A stretch of 44,994 bases of DNA, taken from positions 1-44,994 of the forward strand of contig NW_021834701.1 of assembly GCF_006345805.1 (NCBI RefSeq), in the 5' to 3' direction. The stretch is from Octopus sinensis (lineage: Eukaryota). Below are positions 1-11,068 of this stretch, piece by piece (the first letter of the stretch is position 1; each line of letters starts with the position of its first letter). Both the position numbers and the translations under genes were made by a program. A model generated the notes under the pieces. It was not told the DNA's origin and did not search any database. It saw only the letters and a list, made by a program, of their open reading frames with translations.

Positions 1-559
1 TGAAGGGTATCTTTTTTTTCTTCAGAAATGTTAAATAAACCCAGTCTGTTCTTTAAACGAGGGACATATTCATACGGCACCGAATGTTTTTTACTCAAAG
101 ACGTCAGTGATTGGTGTAATTGCAGAAATTGAAGAAAAAAAAAGCAACAAATATCTTACAAACTAAAGAATTTTCTCAATAAAGCCAAGAGAAAAAGATG
201 TTTTATAAACACATTCTACCCAGTATACGAAGTTTAAAAGTGTTTAGTTACCTAGAAATTATGTTAAAAACTGCCGTTCAAACCGAAAATATCCCTGAAC
301 CTAGAAGCATGAAATTGGGAAGCAAACCTCTTGCCACACAGCCCCTCTCCGACCTATCAAATCTCTTTAGCCTGAAAAGGCATCAAACACATCGTGTTTA
401 TCCAACGTTTCTTCCAATAGCATCAGCTTATTGAAGGGAGGTAACATAATGTTTCCTTACTTGGTTACTTCCCTTGTGGGCTAATAACGAAGTGTCGTTT
501 TTGTGTGAGTGTGTGTGTGTTTTTCCTCTTCTATTTTGCGTTTCCTTTTTTCTCTCTTT

Positions 560-1150
560 TTTTTTCCATCGTAATTCACGAACATTCACCGGCCCTCCGT
601 CGGTTACTACGATGAGCGTTCCTGTTTATCCGATCAACGGAACAGCCAGCTCGTGAGATTAATGTGCAAGTGGCCGAGCACTCCGCAGACGCGCGTGACC
701 CTCAACGTATTTCTCAGGGAGATTCAGCGCGACACAGAGCGACAAGGCTGGCCCCTTTTGAAACACGGGTACCCCTCGTTTTTGCTGCTGGGTGGACTGG
801 GGTAACGTGAAGTAAAGTGACTCGCTCAAGGACGCGTGCCATGAGGACTTCAACTCATCACCTTACGATCAATGAAACAGCCGACCTCTGAAATTAACGG
901 AAAGTGGCTGAGTACTCCGCGGAGGGGTGCACCCTTAATGTAGCAGTTTCCAGGGAGATTCAGTGTGACACAGAGTGTGACAAGGCTGGCCCCTTTCAAT
1001 CACAGGTACCACGCATTTTTGCCGGTTGAGCGGACTGGAGCAATAAAGTGAAATAAAGTGTCTTGCTCAAGGACACAACGCGTCGCAGGGGATTCGAACT
1101 CACGACCTTACAATCGGGAGCCGAATACCTTAACCACTGAGCCACGCACC
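560..1150 (-). mobile_element. Two tandem tRNA-derived CORE-type SINE copies (the 560-835 copy lacks the tRNA head)
   Basis: The minus-strand head has an A box (TGGCTCAGTGG) and B box (GTTCGAATCC) followed by GTGTCCTTGAGCAAGACACTT; the body is duplicated at 600-835 and 850-1080. Confidence 0.75.
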
Positions 1151-1487
1151 TTCACAGCTTCGCGAATATTAAAGTGGTCGCATGAAGGGTTTCTCTTCGT
1201 GGATGTATTTGATGGTTTCGAAGATTCTGCTTTGTTCGCTTCCATCAGAGTTGCGGCTATCTTACTCTAACGTCGGGGTTACCATTTTGTAGTGATGTCA
1301 GTATGTGAAAACCTACAATTTTTACAATTGCATGCGAGAAAAAGGGGTCACCATCTTGTAGGTAAAACGACAAGAAAAAATAGGAACTTGTGAGACGTTC
1401 ATAATAAGTTATAACATATTTATTACTGGATGTAATGATTTAACATATAGGAATGGCTTGAAAGAAAAGGCTTGTAACACATTAGCT

Positions 1488-1706
1488 CAATGGTTTTCAA
1501 CCAGGGTTCCGCGGAACCTTAGGGTTCCGCCAGTATAGTCCAGGGGTTCCGCAAGAAGTTACAAAACTGCTAAAATCGGCAGTAATTTTTAATTCTCCTA
1601 TGCAGATATGTGTGCATAAGACTATTAAATTATTGCACAGGGGTTCCTCGAGCCAGTGGAATGTTTCCTTGGGGTTCCGCTCCAGCAAAAAGGTTGTAAA
1701 GCAGTG
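1488..1706. mobile_element. hAT (Charlie-like) MITE
   Basis: Imperfect TIRs CAATGGTTTTCAACC / GGTTGTAAAGCAGTG; 8-bp TSD CATTAGCT / CATTAGAT (7 of 8). Confidence 0.85.
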
Positions 1707-1779
1707 CATTAGATGAACATACTTTGCGACCATGTGTCTCAAAGCAAATGAGGTGAATATTCTCGCGTGCAGGGTGTGT

Positions 1780-1900
1780 GCGAGTGGCGTGGCTCAATGC
1801 GTACGCCTAGGAACCGACAGGCAAAAGTTCGCTTTATATAAGGGATGAACCGGAAGTCCCTGACTTCCACGTCATCCGGAAGTTGATTGAAGGCTTCTAG
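1780..1900. promoter_or_regulatory. CpG-rich promoter-like patch with ETS motifs, a CRE half-site and a TATA-like box
   Basis: CCGGAAGT at 1850 and 1876, inverted GGAAGT core at ~1862, ACGTCA at 1869, TTTATATAAG at 1833. Confidence 0.4.
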
Positions 1901-2292
1901 AATATGCGAGAATATTCGAGAAGGTCGACGGAGATTACTCTCGTTAGATCCCTTTTCGTTTTGCTTTCCTGCTTGACCGCCAGCGGTCACTACAATGGGG
2001 GCCAAATCGAAGCTACGGAGTCACTGAATTACTTGTGAAAAAAGAAAAACTAAAAAAAATTTTTTTTAATAAAAGGAAAGAAAAACGTAAAAGGAAAACA
2101 AGGAAGAAAAACGTCGCAAGTGATGGACCCTTAAAGAAACTGCATCGACGAGGATGCACAATCGCATACGGTGCAATGTGTCGTTGCTGCAATTGGAACA
2201 TATGTTGGTCATTGTTAAATATGGGTGTAGAAAAGTTTTTGAATAAAAAAGTTTGGATGTGACTCAATCTCCACTCTCCTCTCGTTTTCAAT

Positions 2293-2329
<37 letters not shown>

Positions 2330-2348
2330 GCATATATATATGATTTTA

Positions 2349-2395
<47 letters not shown>

Positions 2396-2454
2396 TTTCG
2401 GAATGGTCATTTTGCCAGTTTAGCCAATAAAAATCTTGCACACAAATATTTAAC

Positions 2455-2528
<74 letters not shown>

Positions 2529-2559
2529 TATATATATATATATGCATATATAGATAGAT

Positions 2560-2608
<49 letters not shown>

Positions 2609-2679
2609 TAGATAGATAGAGAGAGAGAGTGATATGCATAATATATATATGCATATAATGGGTGTATTTGTGCGTTTGT

Positions 2680-3166
2680 GTCTGTGTTTATCCTCACGAC
2701 CATCGCTTAACAACCGATGTTGGTGTGTTTATGTCCCTATAACTTTGTGGTTCGGCTAAAGTAATCGATAAAATAAGTACTATGCATACAAAGAATTAGC
2801 CCTGGGTTCGATTAGTTCGGCTATAACACCCTAAGGTGGTGCTCCAGTATGACTGCAGTCACATGACAAACAAATAAAAGAATTAAAATATATATATATA
2901 TATATACACACACACAGATATACTGTAGCAGAAATACCCGGCGTTGCTTGGGATTAAAACGGCATAGTTTTTTTTATTGTATTACTTATTTCAGTCATAT
3001 GACTGCGACCATGCTGCAGTACCGGTTTTAGTCGTGGAAATCGACCACAAACTTTATTCTTTGTAAGCCTAGTACTTATTCTATCAGTGAGTTTTGCTAT
3101 ACGGCTTAGTTACGGGGACATAAACACAGCAACATCGGTTGTCAAGTGGTGATGGGAGTACAAACA

Positions 3167-3210
<44 letters not shown>

Positions 3211-3280
3211 TAAATATACATAGTTTCCGTATACGAAATCTACTCACAACGCTTTGCTGGACCTGCCGCTGTAGTATAGA
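2680..3280. mobile_element. Two partial copies of the dominant SINE family, tail-to-tail (2680-2885 +; 2980-3280 -), with a Helitron 3' end fragment between them
   Basis: Diagnostic SINE tail motifs (CAACCGATG..GTGTTT, GGTGCTCCAG..GACTGAAAC); CCCGGCGTTGCTTGGG at ~2937. Confidence 0.7.
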
Positions 3281-3924
3281 TTATATATATATTTTATATA
3301 TATATATATATATAATATATATAATCTATATATATATATATAATATACATATAAATATATATATGTGTATATATACTTATATATATATATAATATACATA
3401 TAAATATATATATGTGTATATTAATTATATATATATATAATATACATATAAATATATATATATGTGTATATATATATATATCATATACATATAAATATAT
3501 ATGTGTATATATACATATATACATATATAAAACATATATAAATATACGTATAAATATATACATACATAAATATATCTATATATGCATGTATATATATATG
3601 TATATATACATATATTTTTTGTAGTTTCAGCTCAAAGCTGGGGCCTTGCTGGAACCCTACCGTTTTACTACACTGTTATTACTGAAAGCTGCCTCTAATA
3701 TATGGCACCTGGCGTAGAATAGAATTTGATCTAGCTACACGCATTCGAACCTCTTGCCGTGAGGTGGGTTCGTCTGGGACACTCGACTGAAAGAGATCCA
3801 GCCTTGATTTAAAAACGCCTGCATCTACTTTGTGCAGGTTCCTCAGGCTCTTTCAGAGAATATATATGTATATATATACACATATATATATTGGTATATC
3901 ATGTATACATATATATACATATAC

Positions 3925-4009
<85 letters not shown>

Positions 4010-4225
4010 TCTTAAATCCTTAAACATGTTTTAGCCCGAAGGCCGCGGCCATGCTGGACACCACCGCTGAATGAGCTGCACTAATATGTGAATCCACCTC
4101 TGATAGTGGCACTTGATCAACAAGGGGGTTCGATGCTATACATATTTATGTATACATCTATATATATGCATATATATATATACACTTATACATATACAAC
4201 TTCATATATATATATATACATACCC

Positions 4226-4257
<32 letters not shown>

Positions 4258-4307
4258 ATTGGTGAATTGAAGAAATGGAGCTGAGCGCAGATTGAACAGA
4301 AATCGTT

Positions 4308-4398
4308 TTTTTCATTCTACACGTGTTTCGAAAGGCACAAATTACCAAAATCCGATTGAAAATGGGACCATATTGTGTCTTTCTCTTCAGGAAGAAAA
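4308..4398 (-). ncRNA. Type I hammerhead ribozyme (palindromic stem III, dimer-type), core intact
   Basis: The minus strand reads UUUCUUC-CUGAAGA-GAAAGACACAA...UUGUGCCUUUC-GAAA-CACGUG-UA/GAAUGAAA: full catalytic core, stem II, stem I and a GUA cleavage triplet. Confidence 0.78.
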
Positions 4399-4571
4399 AA
4401 GGAAATCCGTTGGAAAAAAAAAAAAACAGAACAGAGGCAGAGCAAAAACAAATCGAACTGTGCTCCTAAGAGCCAATGGCGAAACAGTTTCGCCATGGGC
4501 TCTTAGGAGCACAGTTCGATTGTTTTTTGCTCTGCCTCTGTTCTGTTTTTGTTTTTCCCAACGGATTTCCT

Positions 4572-4661
4572 TTTTCTTCCTGAAGAGGAAAGACACAATA
4601 TGGTCCCATTATTCAATCGGATTTTGGTAATTTGTGCCTTTCGAACACGTGTAGAATGAAA
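4572..4661 (+). ncRNA. Mirror copy of the hammerhead with GAAC in place of GAAAC (defective as assembled)
   Basis: CTGAAGA at 4580-4586, GAAC at 4643-4646, GTA at 4651-4653. Confidence 0.6.
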
Positions 4662-4889
4662 TAAAACGATTTCTGTTCAATCTGCGCTCAGCTCCATTTC
4701 TTCAATTCACAATAATGTTTTAATTTCAATTATCGCCACCAACGCACGGTTGCAACGCCAGATGGTGTTGTACCTCCAACCGTGCTGTTCACTGCTGTGA
4801 TTTTTGCTACTAAGGTATCGGTTAAACTTTTGATTAATCTACTACAAGATTATTCATCTTTCTATTTCCATAATATATATATATTATAG

Positions 4890-4959
<70 letters not shown>

Positions 4960-5009
4960 TATATATATAACCATATATATATATATATAAACACACCACA
5001 TATAATATA

Positions 5010-5041
<32 letters not shown>

Positions 5042-5835
5042 CATACTTAATTTGACGATTGTGTTCATGGGTGTAGTTCCACTGATCGTGAGAATCTAGT
5101 ATCGATTGCAACTGACAATTTTAAGTGCAGGTGTTAAAAAAATATATGTTACATGCTTCAGCACACAACGTTGCAGCATTTAGCATCGATAACTTTAAGT
5201 GCGCATGTGCACAAGTATGTGTGTATGAGAGAAAGAATGGGGCTGTGCTTATATTTATATATATATACATACTAGAGTATAAAATTTTTTAAATAAATGA
5301 AATTAAATACCTAACACCCACCCACCCACTGTAATAATGTGAAACTTTTTATAAAGTTTGTCTGCACCGAATTCCACCCTAGTGCATAACAAATTTAGCC
5401 CTACCAGTTGGAAACTTCCTTGGCGAAGGAGTCAGTAATATTAAATTAATAGAACTTAAATTCTGTTACATCATTGCATCGCTATTCCCCAAGAAACGGC
5501 CGTCGGGTTTTAAAGAACTATAAGCGTTTATATAGATTTAAAATATTCTCTACACTCCACCTATTCTGTGTATATAATTTTAACACCGTTTGTATTGTAA
5601 GTAGGATTACACAGTGTGTTCCCAATATATTCTTAGCATATTTATATAGTCATGTCTATATATTTTTACGTATTTTTAATATATTTTAAGTGTGTATATC
5701 TATATACTTTTATTACACGAGTTTGCGCTCATAATAATTTTACAACCGAATATATTTTAGTAATCTTTCTTTGGTCTCTCGTCATCATTTTTCCTATGGC
5801 TTAAATATACTGAACACTTCGATGTATATATATAC

Positions 5836-6476
5836 CACCTCGTGGCAGCTTAGGCAAGTATTTTCTATAGCCTTAGTCTTGAGCCGACCAATGCCTTGTG
5901 AGTAAATTCGATTGACGGAGATTGAAAGAATCCCGTTGTAAACGTGTTAGTGTGTGTGTGTGTGTGGGTGTGCGTGTGTGCGTGCGTGTGTGCGTGTGTG
6001 TGCGTGTGTGTGTGTGTGGTGCGTGTGTGTGTTTGGGTAGGTTGTGCTGTGTGTGTGTGTGGTGTGCGTGTGTGTGCGTGCGTGTGTATGTATGTGTGTG
6101 ATGGTGTGTGTCGTGCGTGTGCTGTGTGTGTGTGTGTGTGTGTGCGTTGTGTGTGTTGTGTGTGCGTGTGTGTGTGTTGTGTGTGCGTGTGTGTGCGTGC
6201 GTGTGTATGTATGTGTGTTATGTGTGGTGTGTGCGTGCGTGTGTAATGTGTGGTGTGTGGTGTGTGTGTGCGTGTGTGGTGTGGTGGTGTGTGTGTGTGC
6301 TGTGTGTGGTGTGTGTGCGTGTGTGTGTTCGTGCGTGTGTGTGTGGTATGTGTGTGTGTGGTGCTTGCGTGTGTGTGTGGTGTTGTGTTGGGGGTTGTGT
6401 GGTGTGTATGTGTGTGGTGTGGCGTGTGTGTGTTTATGTGTGTGGCGTGTGTGCGTGTGTGTGTGTGCGTGTGCGC

Positions 6477-6509
<33 letters not shown>

Positions 6510-6737
6510 TGTGTGGTGTGTGCGTGTGTGTTTTCTCCGCCACCGCTTGGCTGCTGGTGATAGCGTGTTTCCCCCCCCCCCCCCCGCCACCCGTAACGTA
6601 GCAGTTCGGCAAGAGTGTCCGATAGAATAAATACCAGGTTTTATAAACAAGTAAATTCTGGAGTCGAGTAAAAATCCTTCAGGGAAATGCCGCAGCATGG
6701 TCGCAGTTCAATCACTGAAACAAATAAAAGATAAAGG
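5836..6737 (+). mobile_element. SINE copy whose internal (GT) tract is expanded to ~590 bp
   Basis: SINE 5' part (CCGACCAATGCCTTGTGAGT) ends at ~5945, followed by degenerate (GT)n, then the SINE 3' part 6530-6737. Confidence 0.75.
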
Positions 6738-6931
6738 ACATGTATTTTCTTTCATCTTTTACTAAATTCACTCAGAGACTGAGGCCATGCTGGGGCACCA
6801 CCTTTTAGTATGGTTGCTTTTCTTACATTGCTTCTGGTGACGTAACGAGTCAGGCGGAGCTGCCCCTCTTTGTGCCTCCTGCTGGTCTGGGTTCCTCTGA
6901 TAACTCAGATAGAAAAAAATTATGTAAATTA

Positions 6932-7343
6932 GGCGCAGGAGTGGCTGTGTGGTAAGTAGCTTGCTAACCAACCACATGGTTCCGGATTCAGTCCCACTGC
7001 GTGGCACCTTGGGCAAGTGTCTTCTGCTATAGCCTCGGGCCGACCAATGCCTTGTGAGTGGATTTGGTAGACGGAAACTGAAAGAAGCCTGTCGGATATA
7101 TGTATATATATATGTGTGTGCATGTGTGTGTGTGTCTGTGTTTGTCCCCCTAGCATTGCTTGACAACCGATGCTGGTGTGTTTACGTCCCCATAACTTAG
7201 CGGTTCGGCAAAAGAGACCGATAGAATAAGTACTGGGCTTACAAAAGAATAAGTCCCGGGGTCGATTTGCTTGACTAAAGGCGGTGCTCCAGCATGGCCG
7301 CAGTCAAATGACTGAAACAAGTAAAAGAGAGTAAAGAGAGTAA
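6932..7343 (+). mobile_element. Full-length copy of the dominant tRNA-derived SINE
   Basis: Head GGCGCAGGAGTGGCTGTGTGGTAAG, GTGGCACCTTGGGCAAGTGTCTT box, internal TA/GT tract, tail ending GAAACAAGTAAAAGAG. Confidence 0.9.
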
Positions 7344-7756
7344 ACGTTCTTTGAATATGTTTCCAAAAAATGTTTAGAAAACCCCCATTTCTGCACCTCG
7401 CAGCCCCTGAGGTTTCAGGCAGAATGTTGGATAGTTGTGGGCGTTTGAATCCCGTGCTCTTACAGTATTGGGTCCTTATTCCAACCGGAAAAGACGGTAT
7501 TAGGTGATGCCAGGCTCTGTCTGCATATAAATTAGTTTGTTCGTCGTTGTCGACGATGATGAAGGACATAATATGGGGAAAAAAACCGGGGGTATGGTGT
7601 CTCCAGGCGTGACCCACCTGTCTGATGTGTGCTCGAAAGGCTCTGCTCAAAGTCAGGCTCTGGTGATTAACAGGGACGGAACACGAAGAGTTGGTTCGGG
7701 ACATGCAGACTTCGCATTTTCCTTTGTAACCCTAAAATTTCTGAGTTGCAACAGTA

Positions 7757-9862
7757 AAGAATTTTGGGGTTTGTGGCTGGGTAAAAAGAATTTTGAGGTT
7801 TGTGGCTGGGTAAAAAGAATTTTGAGGTTTGTGGCTGGGTAAAAAGAATTTTGAGGTTTGTGGCTGGGTAAAAAGAATTTTGAGGTTTGTGGCTGGGTAA
7901 AAAGAATTTTGAGGTTTGTGGCTGGGTAAAAAGAATTTTGACGTTTGTGGCTGGGTAAAAAGAATTTTGAGGTTTGTGGCTGGGTAAAAAGAATTTTGAC
8001 GTTTGTGGCTGGGTAAAAAGAATTTTGAGGTTTGTGGCTGGGTAAAAAGAATTTTGAGGTTTGTGGCTGGGTAAAAAGAATTTTGAGGTTTGTGGCTGGG
8101 TAAAAAGAATTTTGAGGTTTGTGGCTGGGTAAAAAGAATTTTGACGTTTGTGGCTGGGTAAAAAGAATTTTGAGGTTTGTGGCTCAGTAAAAAGAATTTT
8201 GATGTTTGTGGCTGGGTAAAAAGAATTTTGAGCTTTGTGGCTGGGTAAAAAGAATTTTGAGGTTTGTGGCTCAGTAAAAAGAATTTTGAGGTTTGTGGCT
8301 CAGTAAAAAGAATTTTGAGGTTTGTGGCTGGGTAAAAAGAATTTTGATGTTTGTGGCTCAGTAAAAAGAATTTTGATGTTTGTGGCTCAGTAAAAGAATT
8401 TTGAGGTTTTGGGCTGTGGTGGTAAAAAGAATTTTGAGGTTGTGGCTCAGTAAAAAGAATTTTGAGGTTTGTGGCTGGGTAAAAAGAATTTTGACGTTTG
8501 TGGCTGGGTAAAAAAGAATTTTGAGGTTTGTGGCTGGGTAAAAAAGAATTTTGATGTTTGTGGCTGAGTAAAAGATTTTGAGGTTGTGGCTGGGTAAAAG
8601 AATTTGAGGTTTGTGGCTCAGTAAAAAGAATTTTGATTTTTGTGGCTCAGTAAAAGAATTTTGAGGTTTGTGGCTGGGTAAAAGAATTTTGAGGTTTTTG
8701 GCTGGGTAAAAAGAATTTTGAGGTTTGTGGCTGGGTAAAAAGAATTTTGAGGTTTGTGGCTGGGTAAAAGAATTTTTTAGGTTTGTGGCTGGGTAAAAAG
8801 ATTTTGAGGTTTGTGGCTGGGTAAAAAGAATTTTGACGTTTTGGCTGGGTAAAAAGACTTTGAGGTTTGTGGCTGGGTAAAAAGAATTTTGAGGTTTGTG
8901 GCTGGGTAAAAAGAATTTTGAGGTTTGTGGCTGGGTAAAAAGAATTTTGAGGTTTGTGGCTGGGTAAAAAGAATTTTGACGTTTGTGGCTGGGTAAAAAG
9001 AATTTTGAGGTTTGTGGCTCAGTAAAAAATTTTGATTTTGGGCTGGGTAAAAGAATTTTGAGCTTTGTGGCTGGGTAAAAGAATTTTGAGGTTTGTGGCT
9101 CAGTAAAAAGAATTTTGAGGTTTGTGGCTCAGTAAAAAGAATTTTGACGTTTGTGGCTGGGTAAAAAGAATTTTGATGTTTGTGGCTCAGTAAAAAGAAT
9201 TTTGATGTTTGTGGCTCAGTAAAAGAATTTTGATGTTTGTGGCTCAGTAAAAAGAATTTTGATGTTTGTGGCTCAGTAAAAGAATTTTGAGGTTTGTGGC
9301 TGGGTAAAAAGAATTTTGAGGTTTGTGGCTCAGTAAAAAGAATTTTGACGTTTGTGGCTGGGTAAAAAGAATTTTGAGGTTTGTGGCTCAGTAAAAAGAA
9401 TTTTGAGGTTTGTGGCTGGGTAAAAAGAATTTTGACGTTTGTGGCTGGGTAAAAAGAATTTTGAGGTTTGTGGCTGGGTAAAAAGAATTTTGACGTTTGT
9501 GGCTGGGTAAAAAGAATTTTGAGATTTGTGGCTGGGTAAAAAGAATTTTGAGGTTTGTGGCTGGGTAAAAAGAATTTTGATGTTTGTGGCTAGGTAAAAA
9601 GAATTTTGAGGTTTGTGGCTGGGTAAAAAGAATTTTGAGATTTGTGGCTGGGTAAAAAGAATTTTGAGGTTTTTGGCTGGGTAAAAAGAATTTTGACGTT
9701 TGTGGCTGGGTAAAAAGAATTTTGAGGTTTGTGGCTGGGTAAAAAGAATTTTGAGATTTGTGGCTGGGTAAAAAGAATTTTGAGGTTTGTGGCTGGGTAA
9801 AAAGAATTTTGAGATTTGTGGCTGGGTAAAAAGAATTTTAAGGTTTGTGGCTGGGTAAAAAT
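7757..9862. repeat. 29-bp minisatellite, ~70 copies (consensus TTTTGAGGTTTGTGGCTGGGTAAAAAGAA)
   Basis: Directly visible tandem array with GAG/GAC/GAT and CTGGG/CTCAG variants; scattered 1-nt indels in the middle. Confidence 0.97.
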
Positions 9863-10152
9863 TCAATATTTTTCTTAGGGACTGCTTTCAGGTAGCTGGT
9901 CTTTATAATTCTGTGGTTTGGATTGTTGACCATTCTGTTGTTGTGGATGATTGCTTTCCGCTAAACCAATCCTGGTTCCACCATCAGGCCATACTTCTGA
10001 ATCTATATCCATATCCGACCCTTGTGACCTTACTGCCGGGGTTACTTCAAGTTGCGCATCGGAGATGTGGGCATTGTTTAAAGCAAAAGAAACGGGATTT
10101 GCAAATTTTCGTATACACTTGGACCGGCGAGGGCTCGGCCTTGTAGGATTGT
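9843..10152 (-). pseudogene. Diverged partial copy of the TLR N-terminal (pre-LRR) segment
   Basis: Aligns by eye to 19045..19390. It reads NPTRPSPRRSKCIRKFANP...DMDIDSEVWPDGGTRIGLA versus TLR NPTRSNPHRSKCLCKFGNP...DMDIDLELQPDGGSRIGLA. An 11-nt deletion near 9880 frameshifts it to TAA. Weak similarity resumes across the minisatellite at ~7735-7775. Confidence 0.85.
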
Positions 10153-10504
10153 AGGAGGTGACACCTCTATCGGTGCAAATTCACTAAGCATGGCGGTCTT
10201 GCACTTGCGTTTCTCAGGTGTCTGAGTCGTCGGAGGTGGAGGTGATCTCAAAGCTAACTAAATTCTACACTGAGAAAAAAATATTCTAACTGTAAGCTAC
10301 AACAGATAACCATTCACTTAAGGTGCATGTGGCCCGTGTTGTGTGCCGGGCATACAATCTGTGACCACAACAGCAAGATATCACATTCTTTAAGCGCAAT
10401 ACAACGATGCATGCGTCAGGGTATGACTATTTTCACAGTTGGTACGTCGAACGGCCACACAGCCTCGAAGGGGCAGAGTAGGCTGGGATGTTAGAGTGAC
10501 ACCT

Positions 10505-10550
10505 TTGCTGATTGGACGATACAGACGACGCGCGGTGTTGATTGGGCGCA
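10505..10550 (-). promoter_or_regulatory. Pair of CCAAT boxes 30 bp apart upstream of the TLR-like fragment
   Basis: ATTGG at 10511 and 10541 in a CpG-containing unique stretch. Confidence 0.35.
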
Positions 10551-11068
10551 CAGGGAAACACACCAATATACAGGGAGGGCAAACTGACAGACAGACACGC
10601 AGACAGGAGGAAAGAGAGAAAATAAACAAAGCGATTTGTTTTATTTATTAAATTTATTTATTTTTTCCATTTTAAATGAATTTTAATTTACTTGCATAAT
10701 TTAAAAAACGAAAATCTTCTGAAGCCATTAATATATTCATGTTTCTTCCTCTTTTTCTTCTTCATCGTTACCATCACCATCATCGTCATCATCATTATCA
10801 CCATAATCCCCCTAACCATCACCATAATTATCATCATCTTCATCATCGGAGAATCACTCAGCAAGACTCCCTGCCACCGCAGATATACAATGGCACTGGC
10901 CCCATTTTCTACCTCTTCCTCACCATCCACCTCCCTCTCACCCCTCCTTCGCCTTCCTCTCTTCAGTCTCCAACTCAGGACCCTACTCTTCACATGCATC
11001 ATCTCAATTTTATTTTCAAAAATAAGAAAAAGACAAACAAAACAAAAAAAAGTAAAATAATGCATTTG

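Larger units (their letters stand above)
4250..4721. repeat. Near-perfect ~470-bp palindrome (foldback element) with a 1-nt loop at 4486
   Basis: The arms 4250-4485 and 4487-4721 are reverse complements with a few small indels and substitutions. Confidence 0.95.

Noticed and set aside
1-290. Probable repeat fragment at the window start
   Set aside because: No terminal repeat, ORF or second copy in the window to classify it.
395-430. Minus-strand CTGATGC...GAAAC hammerhead-like spacing
   Set aside because: A9 is wrong and there is no stem II or palindromic stem III.
1085-1150. tRNA genes at SINE heads (also ~30830-30898)
   Set aside because: A and B boxes are present but they continue into SINE bodies and I could not build a complete cloverleaf.
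7757-9862. CRISPR-like appearance of a 29-bp repeat
   Set aside because: The units are contiguous with no unique spacers, there are no cas genes, and the context is eukaryotic.
9330-9866. 178-aa repetitive ORF (FLPSHKPQNSF...)
   Set aside because: It is the 29-bp array read through three rotating frames; not evidence of a protein.
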